From a virus (taxonomy: Duplodnaviria > Caudoviricetes), in the IMG/VR virus record IMGVR_UViG_3300029288_000071, positions 1 to 64,000 of that record: a stretch of 64,000 nt of DNA. One strand, given 5' to 3'. Positions 1 to 10,268 of the stretch are shown here, piece by piece (the first letter of the stretch is position 1; each line of letters starts with the position of its first letter). The notes below the pieces were generated by a model. It was not told the DNA's origin. It searched no databases and saw only the letters and a program-made list of their open reading frames with translations. The position numbers and the translations under genes were made by a program.

Positions 1-3000
1 TAAAGTAGAAGAACTATCAAATAATGCAATGAATGTTGGAACTCCACTGCCTGAAATTCCAGTAGCAGTTAATGAAGCACTTAAACTAGTTACGCTTCCA
101 CTTAGATCATTTATTTGACTTGTAAAACCTGTTACTGTTGAGCTCAAACTAGTAACAGATGAGCTTAAAGCAGTTATTTGAGATCCATAACCTGTAACAG
201 TACTACTCAAAGAATTTATTTGAGAAGTAAATCCAGTTACAGTTCCTGATAAACTAGTTACACTTCCACTTAGAGCAGTTATTTGAACTGTATGACCAGT
301 AACTGTTCCTGATAAACTAGTAACTGAAGCACTAAGTGATATAACTTTTGCTGATAAACTGCTCAAACTAGCACTTAAAGAAGTTACACTAGAACTTAAT
401 GTAGAAACTTGACCAGAGACTGTTGTTAAATTAGAACTCAAACTAGTAATTAAACTTGTAGTTCCAACATCCAAAACTACAAGTAATTTTCTGATTTGTG
501 TATTAGTCATACCAGATGTTAATGCAGTCCAAGAGTCACCTAAATTAGTAGATTTGAAAACACCCCAAGTTGATTCACCAGCAAATAAATCTGTTCCTGA
601 AACTGCTAAAGCATTTACTGCTGGTGCACTTGCTGAAGTTGGTAAACCTGTTGAGCATTGTGTCCAAGTATTTCCTCCATCTGTTGATCTTACTACTCCT
701 ATATCATTAGTTGCACAAGAAAATAATGTAGTACCTATTTTTGCAAAATCCATGTAATCATTATTAGAAACCGATGTATATACTGTTGTCCAATTAGCTC
801 CACTATCAGATGATCTTTCTATATGATTTGTAGTACCAGCATATATTGTGGTTCCATCAACAAATAAAGAATAAACTTGTAAACTAGACATTCCAGCACT
901 TGAAGATATCCAACTAGCTCCACCATTAGTAGATTTATAAATACCTGCTCCATAAGTACCAGCATATAAATCATTGCCCATAAGAGCAATAGCAAAAACA
1001 TCATAATTTGTTGGTAAACCTGAATTACTTGCAGCCCAACTTGCTCCATTGTTTGTTGATTTATAACATCTACCACCTAAAGAATCTATAGCTGCCCAAA
1101 TAATTGAACCACTTATACAGAAATTCCAAACAACAGCTAAATCATCTAATCCTGTATTTGATAAAGTCCATGATGCTGCATTGTTAGAATTTTTATAAAC
1201 TTTTTTGCCACTTCCAACACCCAAAAATACATCACCTGAAGTATTTGCAGTCAAAGCATAAGCATAAAGATTTGCTAATCCAGTATTAAATGCAGACCAA
1301 TTAACTCCACCATTTGTAGATTTAAATATTCCACCACCATTAGTACCAGCATACATTACATTTTGTGTGGGTTGAGTAACTATGCCACTAAGAGCAGAAA
1401 TTTGTATTGTGTGTCCAGTTACAGTTGAACTAAGAGCATTTATCTGGTCTGTATAACCAGTTACTGTTGCTGACAAACTAGTTACACTAGAACTCAAACT
1501 AGAAATTTGAGAACCATAACCTGTAACAGTAGAAGATAAACTATTAATTTGATCTGTATAACCCGTAACTGTTCCACTTAGACTTGTAACACTACCACTC
1601 AAATCTGAAATTTGAGAAGAATAACCAGTGACTGTGCTGCTTAAGCTTGTAACAGATGAACTCAACGAATCTATTTGAGAAGTAAATCCTGTAACAGTAG
1701 AAGATAGACTAGTTACACTTCCACTTAGATCATTTATTTGACTTGTAAATCCAGTAACAGTAGAACTTAAACTAGTAATTGATGAGCTTAATGTAGTAAT
1801 TTGAGAACCATAACCAGTTACTGTAGAACTCAAACTGTCTATTTGTGAAGTGAAGCCTGTAACTGTTCCACTCAAGCTTGTTATACTTCCACTAAGAGTA
1901 GTAATTTGATTAGTTTGTCCTGTAACAGTTGAAGATAAAGAATATAAATCTGCACTTACACTAGTGATGCTATTAAAAGTATTAAATTCAGCATTTGTTA
2001 TAGTTCCTGTTGCAGTCGATGTTGATGATGCTAATGCCATACTCAATTCTTGAATATTCAAAGTTAATCCATTTGCAACACCTATAGTAACTGGAGCATG
2101 TGTTCCTGTTGATGATGTTATTGCAGCACTTAATGTTTGAATATCTTGTGTATGTCCTGTAACTGTTGAACTTAAAGCACTAATATCTAAAGAATTTCCA
2201 GTAACTGTTGAACTTAAACTATTAATTTGTGTAGTCAAAGAACCAGTTGCAGTTTGTAAACTAGTAACTGAAGCACTAAGTGAAGTTACACTTGAACTTA
2301 AAGAATTAATTTGTGTTGTAAAGCCAGTAACAGTAGAAGATAAACTTGTTACACTTGAACTCAAACTTGAAATGTCAGAAGAATAACTAGTGATAGATGA
2401 TGATAAACTATCTATTTGAGAAGTAAGTGTACCTGTAGCACTTTGTAATCCAGTTACAGTTGAGCTTAATGAAGAAATATTTTGTGAATTTGCAGTGACA
2501 GTTGAACTCAAACCTGACAAATCAAAAGAATCTTGCTTTCCATTAAATGTTGACCAATCAGTATTTGTTAATGAACCTGTTGTAGATGAAGATGCTAAAG
2601 CTAAACTTAATTCTTGACCAGATAAAGATAAACCATTTGCTGAATTGCTAAGCGTAACTGCTGCATGACTACCTGTTATAGAAGTCAAAGAAGCACTCAA
2701 ACTAGTTACAGTTGCACTAAGACTTGTAACACTAGAACTTAAAGAATCTATGTTAGCAGTTTGTCCAGTTACAGCCCCACTTAAACTTGTAATAGAATTA
2801 ATTTGACTTGATATAGTGCTTGTTATAGAATAAAAATAATTCCAATCACCTGAAGTAAGATAACCATTCTTATCACTTGAAGCAGATTGTAATGCAATTG
2901 AATATGCAGTTAAAGGTAAGTGATAATATTGATCTAGAGCACTTGCTCCACCTTGTAAACCAATAAGAGAATTATGTACTGAAGTTACTCCACTAAGACC

Positions 3001-3480
3001 TGTAAGACTGTCAACAATAGCATGTTGTGCTTGAGTCAAATGATAAAATTGATTAAGAGAAACTGAACCACCTTGTATTCCTGAAAGCCCATTATGAATT
3101 CCAATTGGTATTCCTGATTTTATGCTTCCATCTACTTGATATGTAGCATCTAATGTCCAAGTTTCATTAACTTGTAATGCTATTTTATATAAAACTCGAC
3201 CAGTAGAACTATCAACATATTTTACAATTGCCGTAATAGGAGCAGTATCACAGTTATTAAGTGTAATTTCTTTTATTACTCTTCTAACAGAAGCAGTTGG
3301 TGAATCAACAACAACTACTGGAGTTGTATGATTTAAAATTCCTCCTGTTGAACCTTCAACAAAAGCATTTGTACTATCATCAGCCCAATGTGATGTAAAA
3401 TCGGGATTTAGAGTTGTTGCAGAAGCAGATAACTCTATTGTAATAGATTTGTTAGTTGAGTCTAAGACTAGTGTTTTCAT
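1..3480 (-). CDS. Long tail fibre/adhesin (3' end outside window): Ser/Thr-rich heptad repeats plus a BNR/YCF48-like beta-propeller at ~520-1360
   Basis: Absent from the ORF track because it runs off the window. ATG at 3480 (MKTLVLDSTNK...). The frame stays open where I translated it. It carries SSTVTG..SQISSL repeats and W...N.GL...YAGT.GGG.FKSTNGG propeller blades. Confidence 0.75.
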   Translation of the reverse strand, partial: MKTLVLDSTNKSITIELSASATTLNPDFTSHWADDSTNAFVEGSTGGILNHTTPVVVVDSPTASVRRVIKEITLNNCDTAPITAIVKYVDSSTGRVLYKIALQVNETWTLDATYQVDGSIKSGIPIGIHNGLSGIQGGSVSLNQFYHLTQAQHAIVDSLTGLSGVTSVHNSLIGLQGGASALDQYYHLPLTAYSIALQSASSDKNGYLTSGDWNYFYSITSTISSQINSITSLSGAVTGQTANIDSLSSSVTSLSATVTSLSASLTSITGSHAAVTLSNSANGLSLSGQELSLALASSSTTGSLTNTDWSTFNGKQDSFDLSGLSSTVTANSQNISSLSSTVTGLQSATGTLTSQIDSLSSSITSYSSDISSLSSSVTSLSSTVTGFTTQINSLSSSVTSLSASVTSLQTATGSLTTQINSLSSTVTGNSLDISALSSTVTGHTQDIQTLSAAITSSTGTHAPVTIGVANGLTLNIQELSMALASSTSTATGTITNAEFNTFNSITSVSADLYSLSSTVTGQTNQITTLSGSITSLSGTVTGFTSQIDSLSSTVTGYGSQITTLSSSITSLSSTVTGFTSQINDLSGSVTSLSSTVTGFTSQIDSLSSSVTSLSSTVTGYSSQISDLSGSVTSLSGTVTGYTDQINSLSSTVTGYGSQISSLSSSVTSLSATVTGYTDQINALSSTVTGHTIQISALSGIVTQPTQNVMYAGTNGGGIFKSTNGGVNWSAFNTGLANLYAYALTANTSGDVFLGVGSGKKVYKNSNNAASWTLSNTGLDDLAVVWNFCISGSIIWAAIDSLGGRCYKSTNNGASWAASNSGLPTNYDVFAIALMGNDLYAGTYGAGIYKSTNGGASWISSSAGMSSLQVYSLFVDGTTIYAGTTNHIERSSDSGANWTTVYTSVSNNDYMDFAKIGTTLFSCATNDIGVVRSTDGGNTWTQCSTGLPTSASAPAVNALAVSGTDLFAGESTWGVFKSTNLGDSWTALTSGMTNTQIRKLLVVLDVGTTSLITSLSSNLTTVSGQVSTLSSSVTSLSASLSSLSAKVISLSASVTSLSGTVTGHTVQITALSGSVTSLSGTVTGFTSQINSLSSTVTGYGSQITALSSSVTSLSSTVTGFTSQINDLSGSVTSLSASLTATGISGSGVPTFIALFDSSSTL
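1390..2520 (-). repeat. Degenerate ~63-nt (21-aa) coding repeats of the tail-fibre coiled coil
   Basis: Recurring acc(t/a)gt(a/t)ac(a/t)gt..aact...aaactagt units; also present at 60-450 and 3700-3950. Confidence 0.75.
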
Positions 3481-3489
3481 AATTTTCTC

Positions 3490-4560
3490 TTATATTGCAA
3501 ACCAAGTAAAACCTTTTGTACTACTATTTACTATTGGTGAAGTTGTTAATGAATCAACATATGTTTTAGATGCTAATTCATTTGAAGCAATTGGAGTACT
3601 ACTTAAAGCATAAAATCTTTCAGCAGTTATAGAATATGCTCCTAAATTTACATTAGCAGTAGCACCTGTATAAGGAACTTTTGAATTATCTAAAGCTCCT
3701 GTAGCTGATTCTAAACTAGTTATGCTAGAAGACAAACTACTTATTTGTGAAGTAAGAGTTCCAGTTGCTGTTTCTAAACTAGTTATAGAAGAACTAAGTG
3801 AAGAAATATTTATTTCAATACCAGTTACAGTTGAACTTAATGAATTAATTTGACTTGTTAATGTTCCTGTTGCTGATTGTAAACTAGTAACACTAGAACT
3901 TAAACTTGATATTTGATTTGTATGTCCAGTTACAGTAGAGCTCAAACCAGCCAAATCAAAAGAATCTTGTTTGTTGTTGAAAGTATTCCAATCAGCATTT
4001 GACAAAGTTCCAGTTGTTGAAGATGAAGCTAGAGCCATGCTTAAAATTTGACCAGACAATGAAAGTCCATTTGCAGTTCCAAGAGTTACAGCTGCATGTG
4101 AACTAGTAGCAGAAGTTAATGCAGCACTTAAAGCAGCAATTTGAACAGTATGACCTGTAACTGTTGAACTAAGTGCCGCAATTTGAGCATCATAGTTTGC
4201 AGTTGCACCTGAACCAGCTGGAGCAAATACTCCATCACCTCTCAAAAATTCATTATAATTTGTCCAAGGTATTGCACTAATTGCTATTCCATCACTAACC
4301 AAAACTCCTGAAAGAGGCAAAGTAATAGAACCTGCTGAAACTGAAATTGCAGAAACAGTTATTGAAGTAATAGAATTTGCAGAAATCGATTGAATACTTT
4401 GTAATTCGTCTACAGTAGTAGTTTGTTTAATTACTTGATTATAAGCAGTTAAAGAACTCACAGTTAAACTACCCAAGCTAAGATGTGCAAAACTACCACT
4501 CATTGATGGTTGTTGATACATCCCAAATTTTGTTACAACTTTTCCTCTTTGTTGTTCCAT
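3490..4560 (-). CDS. Tail-fibre-associated coiled-coil protein, paralogous to 1..3480
   Basis: Shares the SHAAVTL..ANGLSLSGQ.LS.ALASSSTTG...DW.TFN.KQDSFDL module; VPYTGAT.NVNLG fibre motif. Confidence 0.65.
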   Translation of the reverse strand: MEQQRGKVVTKFGMYQQPSMSGSFAHLSLGSLTVSSLTAYNQVIKQTTTVDELQSIQSISANSITSITVSAISVSAGSITLPLSGVLVSDGIAISAIPWTNYNEFLRGDGVFAPAGSGATANYDAQIAALSSTVTGHTVQIAALSAALTSATSSHAAVTLGTANGLSLSGQILSMALASSSTTGTLSNADWNTFNNKQDSFDLAGLSSTVTGHTNQISSLSSSVTSLQSATGTLTSQINSLSSTVTGIEINISSLSSSITSLETATGTLTSQISSLSSSITSLESATGALDNSKVPYTGATANVNLGAYSITAERFYALSSTPIASNELASKTYVDSLTTSPIVNSSTKGFTWFAI

Positions 4561-4568
4561 AAAATTTT

Positions 4569-6248
4569 TTATGTTGGGTATGTTTGATTAAAACAAACTG
4601 AATCAAAATAAATTGGATTATCAACAGACCAAACTGAAATTATGACAGGAACCTGTGAACCATATCCCCCATAACCAGTTTTTTGGACCAAACCTTCACT
4701 ATTAACTGTTGCTAGTGCTGTATTTGATGAACTCCAACTTACAGCAGATAATGGTGTAACAATTTCATTATTTACAACAAAAGTATATCCTACTTGAGCT
4801 AATTCTCCAGTAGAATTCCAAGTTGAACCATTCCACCAAGCAGTTCCTGAAGAAAGAGTATCTGATATATCTCCTTGTTCATTTGAACTTACTGAACGAA
4901 TATTAAGCCAAGGCCAAAGCCAACCATAATTTTTAAAACTATCTACTGAAAACAATCCTGTAAAGAAATTTGCTCCTCCTGTTGCAGTTGAATAATTAAG
5001 ATCCAAAAAATCACAATAAATGTTTCCTGTTGCTGAAGTTATACTCCAACCTTCACCAGGATTATAGCCCATCATTGATATTAAATTACCAGTTGAACCA
5101 GAAGCAATAAGATTATTTACTCCTTGTACTGAACTTAAAGAACACTGTAATTGTTTATTTTCATTAATTCTTAAAACATTAAAAATATTTGAACCTTCAA
5201 TATATAAAGCTTCTGTTGAGCCAGTAACCCATAAATCATTATATTGATTATTACTTTTAAAAGTTCCAATATTGGAGCAAATAAATTTAATTATAGAACT
5301 TTCTTTTACAATTTTTGTTCCCCATTCTGTTGTTGGAAGCTCAAAATTTTCAGTCCAACGTGCTATACCTTTAGAAATTCTAACTTCATCAATATAACCC
5401 AAAAAAGGATTAGAAGGATAGCCTACAGGATTAGCACCAATATATAATATTCCATCAGTATCAACTATAGATTCATTCCAATTCCCACTTCCTTTTGTTA
5501 AAGTTTGAGAAATTCCATTTACAAAAATTCTCCATCCACTTACACTATTAGAATTGTCAACTCTAACTAAAGCAATATGATTCCATTCATTCGCTGAAAT
5601 AGCAGTAATAGGGCACGACATTGAAAAAATATCATCATGCCTAAAATTTATAGCAGTATTTATAAACAAATCCCAATAATATGTATAATCTTCACTTGGT
5701 CTACACATTAAAAATTGAGTAGTTGTATCACCTGTAGGTCTAATCCAAAAATCAATAGTAAATGGAGCACCACTAGCTCCATCTAATGTCCAATCAATAC
5801 TATTAGGAACAATTATTTGATTTCCACTTCCGCTAAATGATCCTGCAGATGAAACACCAAATTTTTTTTGAGCCGTTAATGTTTGTGCAGTTCCTTCAGC
5901 ACTTACTCTTTTACCTGTTTCATCAATAAATACTTGACCTCCATTAACACCATTCATATGTAATAATAATACAGTATAATTATTTTCTAACCATTTTCCA
6001 TTATCAGATGTAATGTGCCATCCACTTGCTCCCATTGAAATAGAAGAATCCATTAAACTAAAAATATTTGCAGATACATTATTATCATTTGCATCAAAAG
6101 ATCCAGATCTTGCTTGAAATTCTTGACTACAAGCCAAATCATCTTGTAATGTTAAAGTTCCTGCTCCACTAATGCTTAAATTTTCAATAGAAGCATTGTT
6201 TACTTCAAGTGTATTAGATCCTGAGCCAGAAAAATAAATTGTTGACAT
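4569..6248 (-). CDS. Virion adhesin: beta-helix-like region, LamG/concanavalin-like domain, C-terminal Ig-like (Big_2) domain
   Basis: LLLHMNG, FTIDFWI, WNHIALVR, GYIDEVRISKG.ARW (LamG); VSWSSSN..LATVNSEGLV (Ig). Confidence 0.7.
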   Translation of the reverse strand: MSTIYFSGSGSNTLEVNNASIENLSISGAGTLTLQDDLACSQEFQARSGSFDANDNNVSANIFSLMDSSISMGASGWHITSDNGKWLENNYTVLLLHMNGVNGGQVFIDETGKRVSAEGTAQTLTAQKKFGVSSAGSFSGSGNQIIVPNSIDWTLDGASGAPFTIDFWIRPTGDTTTQFLMCRPSEDYTYYWDLFINTAINFRHDDIFSMSCPITAISANEWNHIALVRVDNSNSVSGWRIFVNGISQTLTKGSGNWNESIVDTDGILYIGANPVGYPSNPFLGYIDEVRISKGIARWTENFELPTTEWGTKIVKESSIIKFICSNIGTFKSNNQYNDLWVTGSTEALYIEGSNIFNVLRINENKQLQCSLSSVQGVNNLIASGSTGNLISMMGYNPGEGWSITSATGNIYCDFLDLNYSTATGGANFFTGLFSVDSFKNYGWLWPWLNIRSVSSNEQGDISDTLSSGTAWWNGSTWNSTGELAQVGYTFVVNNEIVTPLSAVSWSSSNTALATVNSEGLVQKTGYGGYGSQVPVIISVWSVDNPIYFDSVCFNQTYPT

Positions 6249-6249
6249 A

Positions 6250-7143
6250 TTATGTACCCATAGTTTCGAAAGTTAGACCTGGTTCAAATATAGCATTTCC
6301 ATAAATGTATAAGTCACCATAAATTGTATAAGTATGTCCAGAATTAGCTGTAAAATTCTTACAAAATGCAAAATCGGCAGTATTTATATATCCACCTTCT
6401 TCAAATCCAGAATTTGCATCAATAAATACATTAAGACCTGAATTAGGTAAATTTCCAATTCCAGGTTCTCCACCTGAAACAAGTGCCCAATGGAATTCAT
6501 CATCAGACCAATCACCCGTTCCACCTACCCAATATCGATCAGGAGCTTCTGCTACTCCATTTCCACTTACTGAAACAGTTGAACCCAAATTAGTAGTAAT
6601 ACTACCTGTATAAAGTTGTTCAATTAAAGGAACAAAATGTACATAAATTGTTGTTGATGAGAAAGAACCGCCTGTAAATGAAATTGTTGATGAAGAACTA
6701 AAACCTGAGCCACTTATTTGAGAAATTTCAAATCCAGAAGGAGCAAAAATTGTAATTGATCCACTTAATCCTAAATGAGAACCACTTATAGTATAAGTTT
6801 GTTCAGTTGAAGTTGTACTTATTTGAACATCACCAAATGATAAAAATGCTGGATAAACTGAAACTTCAGGATCAGGAACTGTTCCTATTACATTTAAATC
6901 TTTTGAAATACCTGAAACTTTATGATTAATAATCGCACTATAATCTATTGCTTCTGTTGGAAGAAATTTTACATAAATTGTTGAAAAAACATAACTATTC
7001 ACATAAGGAACATCTAAATTTCCAGTAAATCCTGCATCTGCAGATAAAGAAATCGTAAATGCAGTTGATGAAGAAGACAAACTGACATTTCCATCTACAG
7101 GTTCTAAATAATTTCCTAACATATTATAATTAAGAACTGACAT
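6250..7143 (-). CDS. Virion protein with Ig-like domains and a YWVGGTGDWSD adhesin motif
   Basis: LSFGDV...TS.EQTYTISG and TIYV.F.P repeats; structural gene context. Confidence 0.6.
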   Translation of the reverse strand: MSVLNYNMLGNYLEPVDGNVSLSSSSTAFTISLSADAGFTGNLDVPYVNSYVFSTIYVKFLPTEAIDYSAIINHKVSGISKDLNVIGTVPDPEVSVYPAFLSFGDVQISTTSTEQTYTISGSHLGLSGSITIFAPSGFEISQISGSGFSSSSTISFTGGSFSSTTIYVHFVPLIEQLYTGSITTNLGSTVSVSGNGVAEAPDRYWVGGTGDWSDDEFHWALVSGGEPGIGNLPNSGLNVFIDANSGFEEGGYINTADFAFCKNFTANSGHTYTIYGDLYIYGNAIFEPGLTFETMGT

Positions 7144-7153
7144 CTATGCTCCT

Positions 7154-7963
7154 TTATATAATATCTACTTCACCAAAATTTAAAAGATCTGGTACATTTA
7201 GAAATGGTGATGGTTTTATTCTTCTTGGTTTTAATTCACTAAAAGAAATATTTATTTTAGTATTTCCTGCAGTTCTAAAAATCTTTACTTTTGATTTATC
7301 AACAAAATAAGCTTGTAAAGCAAGATTAAATTTATATTTAATGATTTTTTCTTTATCTGAAAATTCATCTAGATTACTTTGATCTTGTGTACTACCTAAT
7401 TTACCAAAAAAGAAGTAATCATCAACATGAAAATATTGTCTCCCTCCTCTGAATTCTTTATAAATATTTTCTTGATTCAAATTTTGATGAGACATATAAG
7501 AAGTCCAAATAGTTATTTCATAATCAAGATTAACAAAAGAAGGAAATTCTATTTGAACGATTTCATATATTACATCATCAGCAGATTTAACATAATCTGG
7601 ATCAGCTACTCTTGAATAAACTGATGATTGTCTTTCAGTTTCACTTAAAGGAGTTGTTGCTATTCTTCTAGTCAAAGTAATATTTGTATCAGTATTAGCT
7701 GGTACATATCTTTCTTTTAAATGATCAGGAGTAGTTCTACGAATAGAAACTATAGGTAAGATTAATATTCCAGATTCATCTCTAAAACCTTTATCAATTT
7801 GAGCTTTAGCCCAACGCTCTGCTGTTGCATATATAACTGGAACATTTTTACCATTTATAACTACAGGAAAATCTTTTTGCCACCATCTAACTACAGACTG
7901 GTCAATACTTTTAAGATTTATTTCATGTATTTGAGAATCTCTACTTTTATCTATTAATGGCAT
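7154..7963 (-). CDS. Tail completion/terminator protein (T4 gp15-like)
   Basis: VPVIYATAERW...LPIVSIRRT; position next to neck genes. Confidence 0.5.
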   Translation of the reverse strand: MPLIDKSRDSQIHEINLKSIDQSVVRWWQKDFPVVINGKNVPVIYATAERWAKAQIDKGFRDESGILILPIVSIRRTTPDHLKERYVPANTDTNITLTRRIATTPLSETERQSSVYSRVADPDYVKSADDVIYEIVQIEFPSFVNLDYEITIWTSYMSHQNLNQENIYKEFRGGRQYFHVDDYFFFGKLGSTQDQSNLDEFSDKEKIIKYKFNLALQAYFVDKSKVKIFRTAGNTKINISFSELKPRRIKPSPFLNVPDLLNFGEVDII

Positions 7964-7966
7964 TTT

Positions 7967-8497
7967 TTACCTTATTGTATCGGGATTCACGTGTGGATCA
8001 TTATGAATAGCTTTATGTGGAGAAAATACATCTGCTCTTGTACTTTGTGCATCTACATATATTCCCATTTTAAAACCAGAAATATCTTGACCTGCTATTA
8101 ATTGAGGCTCTACTACTTTAGAAATTTCATAATATTTTTGTCCAAATTCTATAAAATCTCCTATTCTTGGAGTCATTTTAAGGTCTTGCTCAACTCTAAA
8201 TTTTTGAATATACACTTTTAATAAATAAGTTGTTTCAGTAGAAAATGTTCCAGTACTAACTATAGGAGAATTGTAAAGGATAAGAGCATAAACTTCTAGA
8301 GGTTTTCTAAATACTTTTTGAGTTGATTCACCATATAAATCATCACTTACAGTTTTATCAGAATCAATAGCAAAATATCTTAGTTTTTGTTGAGTTACAC
8401 ATTCAACAACTTCAGTTGCAACTCTATCAAAAAATACTCTCTCACGGTCTCCGATGAAAAGACTTGGATTTCGGTCTTTATTATTTATTGTCTCCAT
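7967..8497 (-). CDS. Neck/head-closure protein (T4 gp14-like)
   Basis: DDLYGES..KVF..P and PRIGDFIEF..KYYEI motifs. Confidence 0.55.
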   Translation of the reverse strand: METINNKDRNPSLFIGDRERVFFDRVATEVVECVTQQKLRYFAIDSDKTVSDDLYGESTQKVFRKPLEVYALILYNSPIVSTGTFSTETTYLLKVYIQKFRVEQDLKMTPRIGDFIEFGQKYYEISKVVEPQLIAGQDISGFKMGIYVDAQSTRADVFSPHKAIHNDPHVNPDTIR

Positions 8498-8825
8498 TTA
8501 CTCCACCAGCTGTAATTTGTTTTTGCTTTTCAATCTTCAAATCAAGATATTTTGAACCTATCTCAATAAATCCTTGAGGAATATCTTTACCAAAGTAAGC
8601 AACAAAAATAAGAACAATAAGATAAACATATTCACCAGGTAAGGGTTCAAAATTATGTTTATTTAAAAAACCAATGCAAGCATAAGCAAATACAAAAGTA
8701 ACTACAGCAGTCATTCCTTTTCTCCATGAAAATACTTCATTTGAATCAAAAAAAGGAGACATTATAGCGTCTATTATATGATTAATTACAGATTTTGTTC
8801 TTTGAAATTTTTCTACTGGTGTCAT
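8481..8825 (-). CDS. Two-TM membrane protein, holin-like
   Basis: Two hydrophobic helices and a charged C-terminus. Confidence 0.4.
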   Translation of the reverse strand: MTPVEKFQRTKSVINHIIDAIMSPFFDSNEVFSWRKGMTAVVTFVFAYACIGFLNKHNFEPLPGEYVYLIVLIFVAYFGKDIPQGFIEIGSKYLDLKIEKQKQITAGGVNGDNK

Positions 8826-8835
8826 TAATTTTCTC

Positions 8836-10068
8836 TTAAAACATATAAATAAAGTTTGGGATCATATCATTTTGTTCTTTAGTTAATTTTGCAATTTCTG
8901 CATTATCTTTCATGACATTAGTTACAGTTAATTTTTCTAAATCATCGCGCAATAATTTTTCTAATTCTAATTGTTTTGTAATTGCTTCTTGTACTAATGC
9001 AGTTCCATCTAGTACTATATCATTTCCAGGAATTGGAATTTTATCAAATTTTCTCCTGATTCTTCCCTCTATTTCCATACAAAGAGCATATGTAAAATCT
9101 CTAATCCAATATTTACCTGGAGCATTTATTTTATCATAAGCAATATCTGTAAATGGTATTTGAGAAAAATTACTTATTCCTGAAACTGAAGCATCATTAG
9201 AGTCAAATGGATCTTGTTGAGTAGGAACATAATCAATCCATAATTTTGTAGTTGATTTAGGAGCAGGAAAAATTCTTAATCTTCTACCTACTCTTTCATA
9301 AGAAAAATTACTTCTTCTAACTTTATCATTCATATTCAATTGTTGAGCTCTTAAAATATCAGTCCATATTGGCAAAACATAAAATATTGTTTCTGTATTA
9401 AATGATTCAAAATTAAATTCTTGCGAAAGCAAGTTAATTGAAGAATAAGGATCATAAAATCTATAAAGTGTTACTGAAGGATAATGATAAATTGTTTTTA
9501 AATCTATTTTAGATGAATTTGTCATTCCTATTGCTGTTAAAGAAGCAGTAATTGAAGTTGCAGTTGTATTATCAATTATATCATTATAAATATCATAGTC
9601 CTGTTGACCTCCAATTAAATTAATGTATGCTTTTCTAACATTGCCTAAAATATTTCCTCCAACAGGCGGATTCATTTCCCAAGCAACATTTTCAGTTAAT
9701 CTTTTTACAAAATTTGAAAACGGTGCAGGTAATTTTCCTGTTAAATCATTAGTACTAAAATCTTTTTCTAATCCATAATATTGAATCATCCAACTTCTTG
9801 CTTGATAAGTATTTACTATTGAACTATATTTCAAATTTGCATCTTCAAAAGCAAGAAATATTTGTCTGTTATCACAATGAACAGTAAGTACAGGTTCACC
9901 TAATTTATATCTAACATATTTTACTATTTGAGGTGCTTCAGCACTTAAAGCACCTAAACTAACAATTCCGGATAATGCAGTATTGCTACTATCACCAAAA
10001 TTAACTGTAAAATCTGATGGAGAAGCAGTTTGGCTAAGTTCGGTGCTAAACAATCGTTTGAATGACAT
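8836..10068 (-). CDS. Neck protein (T4 gp13-like)
   Basis: YKLGEPVLTV; WIRDFTYAL..EIEGRIRRKF..IPIPG.DIVLDG. Start moved to MSFKR (AGGAG SD). Confidence 0.65.
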   Translation of the reverse strand: MSFKRLFSTELSQTASPSDFTVNFGDSSNTALSGIVSLGALSAEAPQIVKYVRYKLGEPVLTVHCDNRQIFLAFEDANLKYSSIVNTYQARSWMIQYYGLEKDFSTNDLTGKLPAPFSNFVKRLTENVAWEMNPPVGGNILGNVRKAYINLIGGQQDYDIYNDIIDNTTATSITASLTAIGMTNSSKIDLKTIYHYPSVTLYRFYDPYSSINLLSQEFNFESFNTETIFYVLPIWTDILRAQQLNMNDKVRRSNFSYERVGRRLRIFPAPKSTTKLWIDYVPTQQDPFDSNDASVSGISNFSQIPFTDIAYDKINAPGKYWIRDFTYALCMEIEGRIRRKFDKIPIPGNDIVLDGTALVQEAITKQLELEKLLRDDLEKLTVTNVMKDNAEIAKLTKEQNDMIPNFIYMF

Positions 10069-10103
10069 TTTTATTCTCCTGAAGAAAATGAAAGGGATAC
10101 GAG

Positions 10104-10112
10104 TATAAATAT
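10104..10112. promoter_or_regulatory. Putative late promoter (TATAAATA on +, ATATTTATA on -) between divergent structural operons
   Basis: Matches the T4 late consensus; ATATTTAT also precedes genes at ~56511(+) and ~58130(-). Confidence 0.4.
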
Positions 10113-10268
10113 TCATCAAACTTGATTTAAATTTAACTAGCTGTTAAGGAACTAATTGGAACTTAAGGATATATATGTTTAAGTAAAGTAATGATAGTAA
10201 AGTAATAATATTAAGTTTTACCACATTAATTCACAAAAGTTTAACACATTATACTCTTAGGAGCTACA

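Noticed and set aside
554-1076. ORFs 554..757(+) and 819..1076(-)
   Set aside because: Shadow frames inside the long tail-fibre CDS 1..3480(-).
60-2520. Regular repeats as a CRISPR array
   Set aside because: Degenerate in-frame coding repeats with no unique spacers and no cas genes.
1-7143. Diversity-generating retroelement acting on the fibre genes
   Set aside because: No reverse transcriptase and no adenine-specific TR/VR pair seen in the window.
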